Assembly (NCBI GenBank): GCA_036172245.1
Contig: JAYWIR010000009.1
Span: forward strand, 2,542,001 to 2,606,000
Direction: 5' to 3'
DNA length: 64,000 nucleotides
Source of the DNA: Raillietiella orientalis
Taxonomy: Eukaryota
Every line of letters starts with the position of its first letter. The first letter of the stretch is position 1. Shown piece by piece: positions 12,801 to 25,520 of this stretch. Both the position numbers and the translations under genes were made by a program. The notes under the pieces were generated by a model that ran no database searches, had not been told where the DNA came from, and saw only the letters and a list, made by a program, of their open reading frames with translations.

Positions 12801-15617
12801 GAAACAAAGGAAATCAAAGAATGGGGTCATCATCGGGTCTGTTTCTAAGTGCTACGGATGCTTCTCGCGAACAGACATTTTTCTCCTTTCTCCCGTGGGC
12901 GTGTGCTGGACTACGGCCAGCTGCTTCTGGAAGAAACTTCAATGCTCTTTGTTTCCTCTTCCCAGCTTGCTTCTTAGCCACGGAATCTGATGTGGGGTCT
13001 CTGTTCGCAAAAGACAGGAGGGAACTTTCCAGCTCGTCAGGACGAACTATGGATGCGACGATTTCCGGATGAGTGAAGAACGACAAACTAAGAGGAAGCG
13101 TCGTTTCCGAAAAGGGGGAGATGTTCGAAATAACTTGTGCTTGCAGCAGGGGAACTGGACCAAAGTTCTGGAATTTATTGCGGTCCACTGTGACGCTGCT
13201 AGGGATCCTCCTTCGAAGCAGCAAATCTTCCAATTTGGACAGGTTGGACTGTTGGCATTACGCTCGTGGTCTGCTGCAGTCTTGCAGATTCTGCAGCGGT
13301 CATGCCGAAGCAAACACTTGAAACTGCGTATAGCTCAGTCCCTCAGCTGACGGCCGCGTGGCTGCGGTGGTAGCTTGTAAATATGCCGAAGCTGCACGGG
13401 ACTTCCTTCTTTGTGGCTTTTTTGCACTCGGCGATTCTTCAAGATTTAGGAGACTCATAAGGCCAAAGGGAAATGGAAAAAAAAGAAAAGAAAAAACTTT
13501 CAACTTGATTCTAAACATCTTTGTTCAACGCTACCCTCGGCCTGTTCCCAGGGAGCGCAAGTTTTCGCTCTTCAGCACAAAGACATCAGCATTGAAATTG
13601 ACATTCTCATGCGAAGGCAAATAAAGAGGCAGCCGTTTAGCTAATTTCCGTTTTTCTCTCATCAAAGTCGGGACGAAATCATCTGATGGAAAACACGGAT
13701 GCCCTATCCATATGAAATATCGCATGAACTCTTAGGGACTTGAAACTGGTCGGTCCCTAGGGGTAAGGGTAGGAAGAAAAGTTGATATCTGTATCCCAGA
13801 TCCTAGTACCTCTTAAAATATACATCAACCAAATGGGTCAGTCAGATTTCATCATCATCTACGCCAGGTTCAGTAAGAAACTTGCTCTGGAATGCTATTC
13901 TAAGAGCGGTCCAGTCAAACAGCCCGTTTGTTTACTTTTACTTTATGGTACAGTTCTTGTGTCATCCAAGGAGGACGTTTGGGGAACGTCCGTTCATAGA
14001 AAGATTTCGAGTAGCTGGGATTGATGCTTGCTGTACGGAAAAGGCAAACAACAAACGTTCATGTGGATCTTTTATGCTTCTGAGATCGTTGGATATAAAT
14101 TACTGAGCCAATTATCCAATTTAGGGGTAGGTATTTGGAACGCGGGGGCCCTACAAGCCGATTCATGGACCCGATCTCGAGCCTTTTGGTGGATTGAAAA
14201 TTAGAACTTCCTGAAGGACTGCTTCCTGCCAATGGAGAATTCTTCATGCCTGCCACGCTCTTCCACCAATTCGATCGGATGGCGTGTCACGATTTCATGT
14301 GACCAAAACGACGAAAGCAGAGAACACTTGAATCTTCCACTGACATTTCGCTGACAGCAAAAGCGCATCGGAAGCCCTAGGAAAAATGCTGGAACCCATG
14401 CGATCAATTGCGCTGTTTCACAGTTTCTCTTCCCCTGGATTTTTTTTGTGATCGAGCGAAGAGTGTGGACCACAGAACCGCGGCAGGTTGAAAACTGAGG
14501 TCAGCTCAAGCCAAAAAACAGAAAGCCAAAAGCGACAAACTGGGTGACCACAGAAGGGGGTCCTTGGTTTGAAGGAGTGCTCTCTCTTGGCCTTCAAAAC
14601 AAAGACCAATACGAGGCAGAAATTTCGACGTTGGTTGCAGTTCCGCAACCGAAAGATGGATGAAGAGACGAACCGAAAACCGATGAAGAGGCAACTGAAG
14701 GACGGTGAGAGAACGCAGTTTCCTAATCAACGAGATCGTTTGCTTACTCTTTCTGCACCTTCGAAGGCAGCAGCCATTCTGGAGCGGATGTTCCGTAGCG
14801 GACTTTTTGCTTCCACGAGGGTCCTCGTTATTTATGCTTTTTTAACAGGAGAAACGCGGAACTTTTCGAGGAACCACATGCAAGAAGTTCCTCGCACCCA
14901 CAAAGTTTGAAGGGCATCTGTGATAATCCCCCGGTCAGAGCGGCACTTGGCTGAAGATGTTTGTGCTTCTTGCTTGTTATTCTCAAATCCAAGATTGCAT
15001 CTTTTGATGATGTTTTGCATCATCTTTTGAGGCATTCTTCCCTCAGAAGAAACTGATGATAGTTCCGAACCATCAAGACGAACATTGGCATTGCTCAGAG
15101 CCGAAGATCTAGGACTGCTTCCTTTCTCCCCTCCCCCCGTTCCGAAGATGAAATAAGGTGTTCATCCTTGAAACAAAATTTATATCCCGAAATTCGGTTT
15201 TTACGATCTTCAGCCTTTGTTTTCGCATTCGAAGCAAAGGGTTACGGCAAATATCATCCCTCTCGTTTATGGAGGCATTGAAAGAACTCAAGACCTGTCA
15301 TCCCGTTTCTCGCACAGCTGCAGACGATAAGAACGCCAGCCCGTCGATGCCAAGGTATGGGGAAGAGTCAAAAAAAAAAAAAAAAAGCATGAAAAAACCA
15401 CTGGGATCTTCAGTCATTTTTCATCCCCATCTTCGTATTGATCTTTCAGTGGGACGTACGAAGATCATTTCCTCAAGAACTTACATCAGGAAAACAAAAT
15501 TTTTTTTTTTTTTTTAAAAAAAGGGCAAGTGGGCACCTCGCAGAAACATCCTTACTGTCGGCCTGGAATGATGGAAATCCTGTGGGGTTCCACTGTTTTC
15601 GCTGCTTCCCTTCCGGC

Positions 15618-16439
15618 TTTTTGTTTTTGTTTTCTTCGTTCCCAAGGACTAATGAGGAACCGTTTGCCTCCTTGGGGGAAGGAGGGAAGGAGGATCTCGA
15701 AGCACTTTCGCACTGTCCACTCCACCAGAGGGTGCGTGTGATCCTTCAGTTCAGGGTCAATCCTGGAAGGGCAACCCCATGGATCCAGGAAGAGCTCTGG
15801 AGGAAGGAGTTCGATCCTCTTACGCTTGGTAGGGAGCCCCGAAGAGAACCCTCTCCATGGTTGTCTCCGAAGGAAATCCCGAAGGGAAAGCCCCTCTTCC
15901 TTGTTGTCTCCGGAAGAACCTCCTGGAGAATGTGACTTCTTATTTCTTGTCCCTAGGGAACCCGGAGAGGATACACTCCTGTCTCCGGAGGACACCCGCA
16001 AGGAAACCCCTCCTTGTTGCTTTTCTGAAGAGAGCCCCGAAGGGATGCTTCCCATTTTCTCAGAAGGGTCGCTCCCTGAAGGGAGCAGCACGCTTCTTCA
16101 CACCCTGGAGAGGTACCAGTCCACCAGCTCCAAGGTACGAGATGCAAGATCTCCTCTCGGAAAAGGACACGGCTCCATTTTCCCAACCGGAGGGGAACCC
16201 CAAAGGGCTCCTTGATGTCCTAGAAGGTCGACATCCAATCCCGGCCAGTCAGCGGCTTCCACCAGTGCCGCCGCACCCAAGGTCTGCATGTCAGCCAGCA
16301 CCATCCTGCGGGGGAACTGGTAAATCTACGACGCACCCTTCATTCTCGGCCTCGGACTCTTCCCCAGTTGGTGGGATTCAAACCCGCGACGACCGCTACC
16401 ACGCGCGGAGACTGCAGCCATGCATACTCTGACGCGGGC
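15618..16439 (-). mobile_element. Hairpin-array SINE-like element, copy S2
   Basis: T-arm GCGGG-TTTGAAT-CCCAC at 16371-16387, conserved core GCCGAGAATGAAGGGTGCGTCGT..., hairpin array, 3' motif GGCAAACGGTTCCTC and A-rich tail at 15618-15636. Confidence 0.8.
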
Positions 16440-16499
16440 GGTGTGGCCACGAACACGTAATTTCCATTTTTGTTTTTGCTTTCATCCGGTTAAGCCGGT

Positions 16500-17760
16500 G
16501 CGTTCATTGTAGAAAAATAAATATATATATATAAAAAAACAGTCATATAAAATATAAAAATGTCGTTGTTCTTCTTGGTGGTTCCACAGGACCACTAAGA
16601 AGGGAGAAGCCTCCACGGAGGCTCTGCTTCTCATCGGCAGCTCCCCCGACGAGATCCGCACAGGAGAAGCGGGGGAAGGGGTAAACAAAAAGGAAACAAA
16701 AACAGCACAGGAGTTCAGTTTCAGACATGTCGCAAAGGGAAGGGAAGGGATCGCAGATTTCTTCCTGGAGGTCCCCTCAGCATCCTCTGGAGGATGTTGG
16801 CAACTTCCTCCTCCTTTCGCTGGCAGAGACGTGGCCATCCCGTTACCTCCCTCATGAAGGAGCAGACGATTGCGATGACGTCACCGTACGATCGGCCTCT
16901 TTTGGAGCGGCTTCTCGCCTTCGCGGTCCCACGATGGTGGCACAGGGCTGCAAGGGAAGCTGCGGGCGACATCGCGTCGCGCGCCAAGAGGCGCCGCAAG
17001 ACCTCTCTGTCGTTGTCCACCGGGAATGGGAGGGCCGCAGCGAAGCATTCCCGAACACTCAGGAGGGCAACGCAGTCCAGGAACAGGTGGGGGGAGGTTT
17101 TCCGTTTCCCGCACCGGACAAAGTCCGCGATCGCATTTCTCCTCGTCCATTGGTGGACTGGTGCGCTCCATGGGATCTCCCAGTGCAACAACTCCAGTAC
17201 CGAGTCCTGACACTTCGCTGTGGGGAGATCTCTGTCTCTTCAGGAGGGATGTCCAGGAGCTCCGCAGACTGAAGAATTCCTCTGGGAAGGGGGGAGGGTG
17301 TATATGGGTCAGCCAGTTGACGCGCCGTCCAGCATCCCAGCTGCTTCCTCTTTCCTGCGATTTCACAGGATCCTTCCCATCTTTCAAGGCCATTGCTATT
17401 TTCACTCTGCTGGATTGTGTTGAGCGTGGCTGCAAGTGGGGTTTTCCTTAAGCAGTGCATGATTTCCTGCAGCGAGCATCATTCGGGAATGGCAGGCATC
17501 GCGACGGCTCCAGGCTCGTGCCATTTCTTTCTACCTACGTCTGAACCGCTCCGTGCTTCTATTAGCTTACAATTGGCGAGGCTGCAGGGATCTTATCATC
17601 CATCTGTTCTCCTGGATCAAGGCAACCAGCTATTTGCCGGAGTTGGTACCCGCATCGGGGGCAACTCTCCATGGTCATGGATGAGGAACGTACCGAGTCC
17701 CTCGGCGCTGGCTGCTCGCTTGGCCACGAGCCTGGCTCAGTAGAGACTTCTTTCAAGGCA
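16500..17760 (-). mobile_element. L1/Tx1-like LINE 3' fragment B
   Basis: KCQDSVLELLHWEIPW...VRCGKRKTSPHLFLDC (zf-RVT-like), ORF end at 16721, then a 3' UTR ending in a T/(TA)n tract. Confidence 0.8.
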
Positions 17761-18670
17761 ACTGAGGAAAAGAGGCTTTAACTTGACCTCACCATCGACC
17801 ATGCATTCTGGAACGCGTGCGGTAAAAATGCTGGTAAGGCTTCATTGAAGATGTGTCAGCTTCAGCTGCATACACGAAAGATTGCAGGCGGCAGGATTCC
17901 TCATTGATGCACATTTATGTACCATTCATAAAAATAAGTGGTACATATATGTACGTACTGCTGAGTTTGAAACGGAAGCCACAATCAGCTAAGTTTTGAA
18001 AATTCATCGAATTTTTCAACTCGAGTTGATGGACCGACAAACAGCAGAGATAACAGTCAAGTGCTCTTCGTCTTTCTGATAGATCCACAGCATCTCAACG
18101 CATGGAACAGTCGCTCTCTACGTTTCCCTGTGGCTTCCTCCGAATGTGGGTCTCCGAAAGAATTCAATTCCAGCGAGAACCGCAGGAAGGCAATCTTCAG
18201 CTTCTTGCTCCGAGAGCAAGATGAAATATGGAGAGCTAGTGCGTTTCAACTTCACTCATGATGGGATCATTTTATTCAGTCCCTTGGTCGTTGTCAAGGA
18301 AAATAATTGCCCTCTCGTTTTGGTTTTTTTTTTTTTGATAATGACCTTAACTGATTCTAAAATCGTGGAATGACAGAGCTTTAGCTAACGATACCGAGTT
18401 TAAATGCAAGTCTTCGTGATGAACTCATCAAATACCGAAGGCAAATTCGATGCTGTCAGGTTCGCATCAAACTGCGGACGACTCCAATCCGAAGGCACCT
18501 TAGAAATGATTCATAACTTATCAAGAAATTTCCTTTTCCTCTACGGCTGTCTCTCCTGCACATGTTCCATGGCATGATCAATCATGGTTTCTGGAAAGAT
18601 TCATTTTTCTTCGAGCGCTGGCTGTCAAGTTCTTCTCACGAAGATAAACGCTCTGCGTACTTTTCCCCGT

Positions 18671-18696
18671 GCGAGCGCGCGCGCGCGAGCGCGCGC
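18671..18696. repeat. Interrupted (CG)n tract
   Basis: GCGAGCGCGCGCGCGCGAGCGCGCGC read directly from the sequence. Confidence 0.9.
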
Positions 18697-19061
18697 CGTT
18701 CCTCCGGGCCGGAAAAACGGGTGGTCTCAGCCCAGTCTCCGAGAATGAGATATTCAAATTGGGGTCCTCTCCGCTCCGGCAGCTCCCGCTCGAGGACTCG
18801 AGGAAAAATGGGAAGGAGGAGGCATCCCAGTCGCCTCGAACAATTTGTCAGAAATGGGGCATTCTTGTTACCCACAATGGTTATTGGGGGTAATATTCAT
18901 AGTGAAAAATTCATCATGATAGTTTGCGGCTGTGCTCGTTTTCCGGGGAAAGATGAATGATTCACTCTTTGGCAAGCGGCCCGCATGCTGATCAAACCCA
19001 CAGGCTGACTCGGAGGACGAAACCTCAATTAGCGAGACGACCACCGATATTTCACATCTTC

Positions 19062-19088
19062 TGTGTGTGTGTGTGTGTGTGTGTGTGT
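19062..19088. repeat. (TG)13 microsatellite
   Basis: Read directly from the sequence. Confidence 0.95.
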
Positions 19089-22000
19089 TCCTTGGGCGAT
19101 CGTCCCAGGATCCTGGTCACCCCAGAACGTGGCAGGAAGAATCGAAAAGGAAAAAAAAAAAAAAAAAGCTTCGCTTTCTTCTCCCTCCTGCTCCTGAATT
19201 TTCTTGTCTATTCAAGGGCTGATGATGCTGCGCGCGCGTAGCCAGCATTCCCTGAAAGTTCACGCTTTGCAATGCTCACGACACGAGTGGATTCGAAACG
19301 AGATAAAAAAAAAAAAAAAAGGGGAGGAAGGAGGAGAAGAAGGAGAAAGAAGCTGCAGAAATGCAGAAAAGCAATGGGCGTTTGGGAATTTACGAGAGAA
19401 TAAATTGTCAGCTCATCGTAACCCTTTCTCAGGGATTCCCCCGAAGTAAAAGGAGCGTCGTGCGGTGTGTGCATCCCCTGCTGTACAAACAGGCTGTACG
19501 TACAGCGTCTTATCGACGAAAGCGTGACTCCTGGATGGGAGCTAAGATTTGTGGAAGAGCTAGCAGAATTCCCGATCCTCATGACCGAAAAAGGCCGATC
19601 GTGGTCGTGGGATTTTCTGGAGACCGTGCTCGGAACAGGGGGAGGAAGGAAGGGGGGGACTCGCGAACGGTAAGAAACATTCTCGCTCTTCGTGTACACT
19701 CCCCCCCCACATCGGAGTCAAGAAGACAACAACAACAAAAGAAGGAAAAAATCAAAGATCTGTATTTTCCCGGCTTTCCTGGTGACAGCGTATGATTAGG
19801 CAGTATTTATAGAGTCTTCTGCTATTCGGTTCAGTGGCTTCCCTTTGCGTGGCTTGGAGTTGGCCGGGTCTCCTTCTCATTAGTCATGATATACGATCCC
19901 TCCACGACTCTCTCTCCGAAATCACTTCTTTTGTTTGTGCACTCTTTGTGTTCCGGCAACCTTTTTTACGTCTCCCGGAAAATTTCGTGTTTAACAACTT
20001 ATTTGCAGCCCCTCTTCGAGAGATGAGGATGAAGGAAAGTAACTTTCCTCGCCTTGCTTAAATGAGATCGAGACAGCCTCGACTGCGACGAGGCGAAAAC
20101 TGCGTAAAAAGATGGGCATCAGTGTTTCAGTGACCTCAGGCAGTGTCTGCATAGGTCATGGATGGCGCGCTCGAGATTCACGCTACGTTCTTACGAGAAA
20201 CGAGGAAAAGGGAGAAAGAAAAAAACAAACTCGAAGCACGCTATCACTTTTAGAACATTGGATCTCCACAACACGAAACGAACCATTCTACTACTTCATC
20301 TCCAGGTTTTGTCAAGCATGAATGGTCCAGAGAGCAAAGCACGTCGGTTTTGAAGCTTCCACAAGCACCTCTGCTTCTCTAACCTGCTCCTAGCCTGGGT
20401 ATATATCAGACAAGCGAAAGGGGAGGCAGCCCGTCTTCCAGATCGTGGATGGAAGCGATGAAGAACCACATGCCATTTGATTACTTCGTGACGTCGCTGC
20501 AGCCTCGACAGCGCAACCTGCAAAACACCTCATTCCATGACTAAAGGTGTGAGCAAAAAATCTTTCCTCAACTCTCTGATGATGCTCTTAAAAGCAGCTT
20601 GCCTGAAATGCGGGCAAAATTTTGCCTATTAGTCCCGAGCCCCCACCCTTGACAAGAAGAAGGATACTACCACTAGCGTAAGAAGATAGCAGCAGCTCTA
20701 TCAGATACAAACGTTATTGCAACGCTGGACACGGAAATGGTTTTCGGGGCTAAACACAAAGCCTACCACGCCTACGGGCTTTTAAGATCAAACTACACCA
20801 CCTGCTTTCCATGCGGGCTTTCGAGCCTGCACCCTCAACAAGCATTTCTTCCGCCTCTCGTTTCCAAAGCAACACGATTGCTGGAGGTGTTCCCGAAATG
20901 TTTTTCACACCTACTAAGAGATGGAACCACCCGCCAGAGCGACAAGCGATTCGATTTTAAGAATTGCGGCCATCGCTGTATGCAATGTCGCATTACTCTT
21001 ACGAATGTAAAGATCACAGTAAGCTCCATTCTCAAGACATTCTAGGTAAAAAACCAAAAAAACCAAAAAAAAAAGAAAGAAAAGCTGCTGAAAATCGACG
21101 ATGAAGCGATGTGTAAGGCTGGGAGAGTGTGATAGGAAATGTTACTCACAGATTAATAAATCGACGCTTAGCATCATGGGAAAAAGTGCAATCCCCGTCG
21201 GATGGGCTATTGAATTCATCCAGGAAGCTGAAAATGCTTTCTTGTGTCAAAGATTCCCTGTAGTGCATCCATCCAAACATGGAAAGGAATCCAAGAAACG
21301 CCACAGCCATCAAGCCCGAAATCTGAAACATTCGTTATAATCTCCAGGTTTTGACGTGCCATACATACGTCTCAACAGAATCAGTGACTATTGGGACTTT
21401 CCTCTGGACATGAGATTTTGTCTTAATCAACAAGATTATCAGATCTTCCGTCTGTTATTTGGCTGCTGATCACATGACACTGAACATTTTTCTCGTTTGG
21501 CTCCAGACACTCTACCAAACGTCTCCTAGCTTCTTCAAGGATGTTCCCAATGTGGATCCATCGTTTCCGAACCTACGACACTGCCATGGGCGTGTCGTTC
21601 TTCTGTTTCACGGAGGGCGGCATGCATGGCTCCGTGGGCTCAGTGTCGGCATACCGCCGCTGCCACTCTTTCCCTGCAAATTTGGGGTGTTCCGGGATGT
21701 TTCGCTTCGCAGCGGGAAGAATGGAAATTCTCATGGAAAGAGTGCTGTGGTTTCCCTCTCTCTACACGCTGCATGTACACTAGTGATCCTTCGCAAGCGA
21801 ACAGATGTGCTTTTCACGGGAAGGCAAACCTGGGGGCTCAAGTCGTGGGTGGATCTGACTGGAATTCGGCTCGAAGCACTTGCGAACTTTGTATCGGAAG
21901 AGAACTCCAGCATTTAATCTGCTGACGCTGAAGGACAGCGCAGCTTTGCTCAGTGATCTATTTGAAGATTATATTCCGGATCTATTCCGGCTGTGTCGCG

Positions 22001-22829
22001 GAATCACTGGGGGGCGATGAGCAGTGAGCAGCCCAAACTCGCACTTTCATTCTGTACTTTCAAGTGTGAGCCTTTGCCACTCGGTTTCTCAACGGGAGCA
22101 CCAGAACCTCCTCCCCCTTTCCAACGTGGCTGCATTCGAAACCAATGATCCTTCATAGATGGTTCCTGCTCCATGCAAGATTCAACAACTCACCTTGAGA
22201 ACGTGGTGCTGCAAATAAGGGTCCCCTGCCAATGTGACAGAGATTTTGAAAGATGCGGAAGCAGGAAATGGAAGTGTTGGTTTGATGGAAGGTTCCATGC
22301 AGTTCTGTCCCGCGTAGTTTTCCTATCACGAAAAGAGTTTGGATTCTCGGGGCTGCAGATTCGGAGGCTGCCGATTCGTCAGGATCTCCTGGCAACGCAA
22401 GTTGAGTGGATGAGCACGGGAGTTCGATCAAAAGGAACCGAGGATCGAACTCTTCTTAGTGGCGACTGAGGAAAGGCACCAGACGACGGTTTGGAACGCA
22501 GAGAGCTGGTGGCACATGGGTCTCCTTTCCCCCCCAAAAGGAAATTCATTGAAAATCAGTTCCTGGGGTCCAGATGTGTGCGCCTGCTCGGCGCGCCTAC
22601 AGCACCTTGGACGGAACGTCCCGACGCTGCTTCCTTTGGTCAACCGGCGGAAGAGCTGCGCCGTATGAATCGCTGGCGTTCTGACGATGGGTTTCAGCTA
22701 TAGAACGGAAGCTGCCAATGAAGATTTCCCTGCTGGGCTTGAGGAACGAAAAAACTTGGCTCTGAGAAAAAAGAAAAATTCAGAGTAGAATCAGCATCTT
22801 TGTAGAATCAGCATCTTTCGCAAGAGCCG

Positions 22830-23370
22830 AATTGATTTCCGTTCCAATTATCAAGGTTAGCAAAACTGAGAACGTTTTGCTTCCAAGGCAAGGAACCGTG
22901 CAAGCACAGCACAGGATGATGAGCGAGCTGACCTCAATATGGCATGGTGACAAAAAGCTCATTATCAGCATATTTTGGAATGGATTTGGGATCAATCAGA
23001 CTCCTGTCACTTCGGATGATTTCCTGATTGAAATGATTGGGATCGAGGAATAAAAAAAACTCCCATTCTCAACGATTTGATAGGTTTCACGTGGTCTCAG
23101 CGTGTACATTCGTGCAGTGGCGATCTCGAATTCGGACTCAAACAAATGCCAGAAGTAGTAGACGTCTGCCGAGCTTCCGAAACTCTTTGGGCTTTTGGGA
23201 ATTTCCCAATCTGGGCACCGTGCTAAAGAATCAGCTCTTGCGAGGGGACGAGGCGAGGCATCTTTGGAAATCCAATGATATTGTGGAAGACTCGTCCACA
23301 AAAGTGATCGCATTCCATCAGTTAGGAAAAGCGAATGGAAGTCCCTTGGACGTTGATCAGATGTAATCAA
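22830..23370 (+). mobile_element. Possible Tc1/mariner transposase remnant
   Basis: HGDKKLIISIFWNGFGI resembles HxKKVMLxVWWD, followed by QTPVTSDDFL and LGFWEFPNL...LKNQLLRG. Frameshifted, and the catalytic DDD triad is not recognisable. Confidence 0.3.
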
Positions 23371-24549
23371 GAACAATCTAAAATTCTTGCAAATAGAAGG
23401 CTAACCGTTTCGACGAGCGCCGAGCAGAGAGAACTCAGCACAGAGAGGGGACCGTGGATACTTCCTGATAAATCGTAATTTTTGGCACCTGCAGGAGGGA
23501 CACAAGATTCAAACCCAAGACCCATCAACAAATTATCCACAGAAAAATGGTGGAAAGGGAGGCGAAGATCTTGGATATTCCACCGAAATTCTGCCTCTGG
23601 CTTCAACCATGGTAACTTCAATTATTTGAGGTTACCATGATTCAACAGTATACAGGAACTGCTTGGTACATAGCGCAAGTGTCCACACTTATTCTGTGAT
23701 GCTTTTGCAGCAAGCTTTCAAAGGAAAGTTAGATTTCATGAAATTAAAATCCTCATTGGTACCTACCTCATTTTGTACAAAAGCCCTGGTGTTTCAGGGC
23801 CTCTCAGGTTTCCATGTCAGCGCAGTATTCTGAGAGAATTTCTTCTTGAATTCCGGGAGAATTCCGCACAGGCGAAAAGCAGGTTCACCAATCCCGGAGA
23901 CTGACCAGTAGCATTTTGAAGGGGCTCATCACTTCATGCAGAAGGAAGGGATGATCCCAAATTGCGGTGATTAAATGCAACTGCAAAATTCCTTCCACGC
24001 AGGATGTATCCTTCAAGATCATCAGCTTGCAGATAAATGCCTTCTACTCGGAATTCAAATGTTTCTTTCTATCCAATAATTAAATATATTTCATCTGGGA
24101 GGGGGGGGAATCAGATGATTGGAGCAATGAAGAGGACAAATAAAAAGAAGAAAACATCATGAAGCAGCTAACAGTCACTCCGTGACGTTTTTCCACACTA
24201 GAAATTATCTCTGGATACGTTGATTACCCGAAAGTTCATCGGAAATCATTATGCGATGATTATTGTCGAAATACGAAGCGTTGGAAGCTCCCTACTTTTC
24301 TTTGCCCCATCAACTTGAAAGAGGGGTATCGCAATGTGAAAGCAAATGCCATCCGTATCTGGAAAAAGCGGCGCGGAAAAACCAAGTCTTCAGCTCCATT
24401 CGTGCATAACAAGCAGCGAAATCTCATCGGGACCGACAGATGATCTCAGTGAGATTCGGGATCGAGTGCTGACAAAAGACACACGCACACGCGCACGCAC
24501 AGGCGAATCGAAATCCAACGCGCTGAAAATAACACACCGGGAATGCACG

Positions 24550-25520
24550 AGCACAAGATGTGCATACATCGACAAAGAGCTCTGAAAGCAGATGAAGAAA
24601 CAAGTGAATCGCTTCTGGTCTCCCTCGCAGATGCTGGGGTTCCTTCGCTCCAGGGAAAGGGTTGCTGATCGAAGCCATGGATCGATGGATCAGACTTTTT
24701 GAATGCTCGGCATGGAAAATTCAACCTCCTTTCGACCTGCTCCAGTGTTTTTCTTTCCGAGCTTGTCCGGGGTGTCGAACGTTAGGTGCATTCTTTCGCC
24801 TTGAACGGGCGATTCGCCTTCGGTACGATGGTAGAAGGGCCGCACGTTGCGGGAACTCCAAAGTCGCGTGCGCAACGCAGGACTTTCCATGTCCCAGAGG
24901 ATCATTGGGCGTGCGAAACCTCATTGTGACAGTGGGGGTTGCGCCTAAGAATGATGCAAGAAGGGTGTCCCCGCTGGTCAGCATGAGAAGTAGCCTGGTG
25001 GCTACGTCTCGGCATTCCCTCGATTTCGCGCGAGGTGCTGATTTGCTGGTTTTCCCGAGTTACTGACGAGTTTCCTCGCGTGCACGTAAAGCGGTTAAGT
25101 AGGCATAGAGATGAGAGACCGACGAAACCCTCATTCGTCTCGCATGATGCCCACGGGCGCTATTGCGAAACCCTTCCCTGGAACCACCACGAGTGAAAAC
25201 GCTCTTTCGACTGCGTCTCGAAGCCGCTTTGAGCCTCACCACCGTGTGATGGACGCCGAACCCATGAGCAAGTCCATCTCACCCATCTCACTCACTCGAG
25301 TCTCAAATGATGCCCTCCCAAAATGCGCTCCTGGATCTCGAGGGTCCACTTCTGGACGTTCAGCAGGAACCCGTGAATCTACCCCTTCGCTCATTTTCGC
25401 GCGGGGGATCCTATTTCGGAGGCATCGAAGGTGGAGGCATTTTGTCAAGATCCTCCTCCAAGTCCTCTACAGGCTTCACTTGAGCGTACAGCGAGGGGGC
25501 ACGTTCAAACTGGAAGGCGT
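24550..25520 (-). mobile_element. Decayed non-LTR reverse transcriptase (jockey/I-like)
   Basis: Ordered frameshifted motifs: LTKCL..CLRNRIPR, VPAERPEVDPRDPG (like PKPGKDP.DP), QQISTSREIEGMP (like S....GVPQG) and QQPFPWS/KEPQHLRG (like IPW..E.KYLG). Confidence 0.5.

Noticed and set aside
16727..17272. Plus-strand ORFs MSQREGKG... (also 62712-63338) and 11951-12802
   Set aside because: They are antisense shadows of LINE ORF2. The conserved knuckle motifs read on the opposite strand.
19433..19669. Isolated AG/GT-bounded exon candidates (also ~3726-3913 +, ~48639-48799 + and ~1831-1948 -)
   Set aside because: The splice signals are plausible, but the peptides are unrecognisable and no coherent gene model emerges. 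RNA-seq would be needed.
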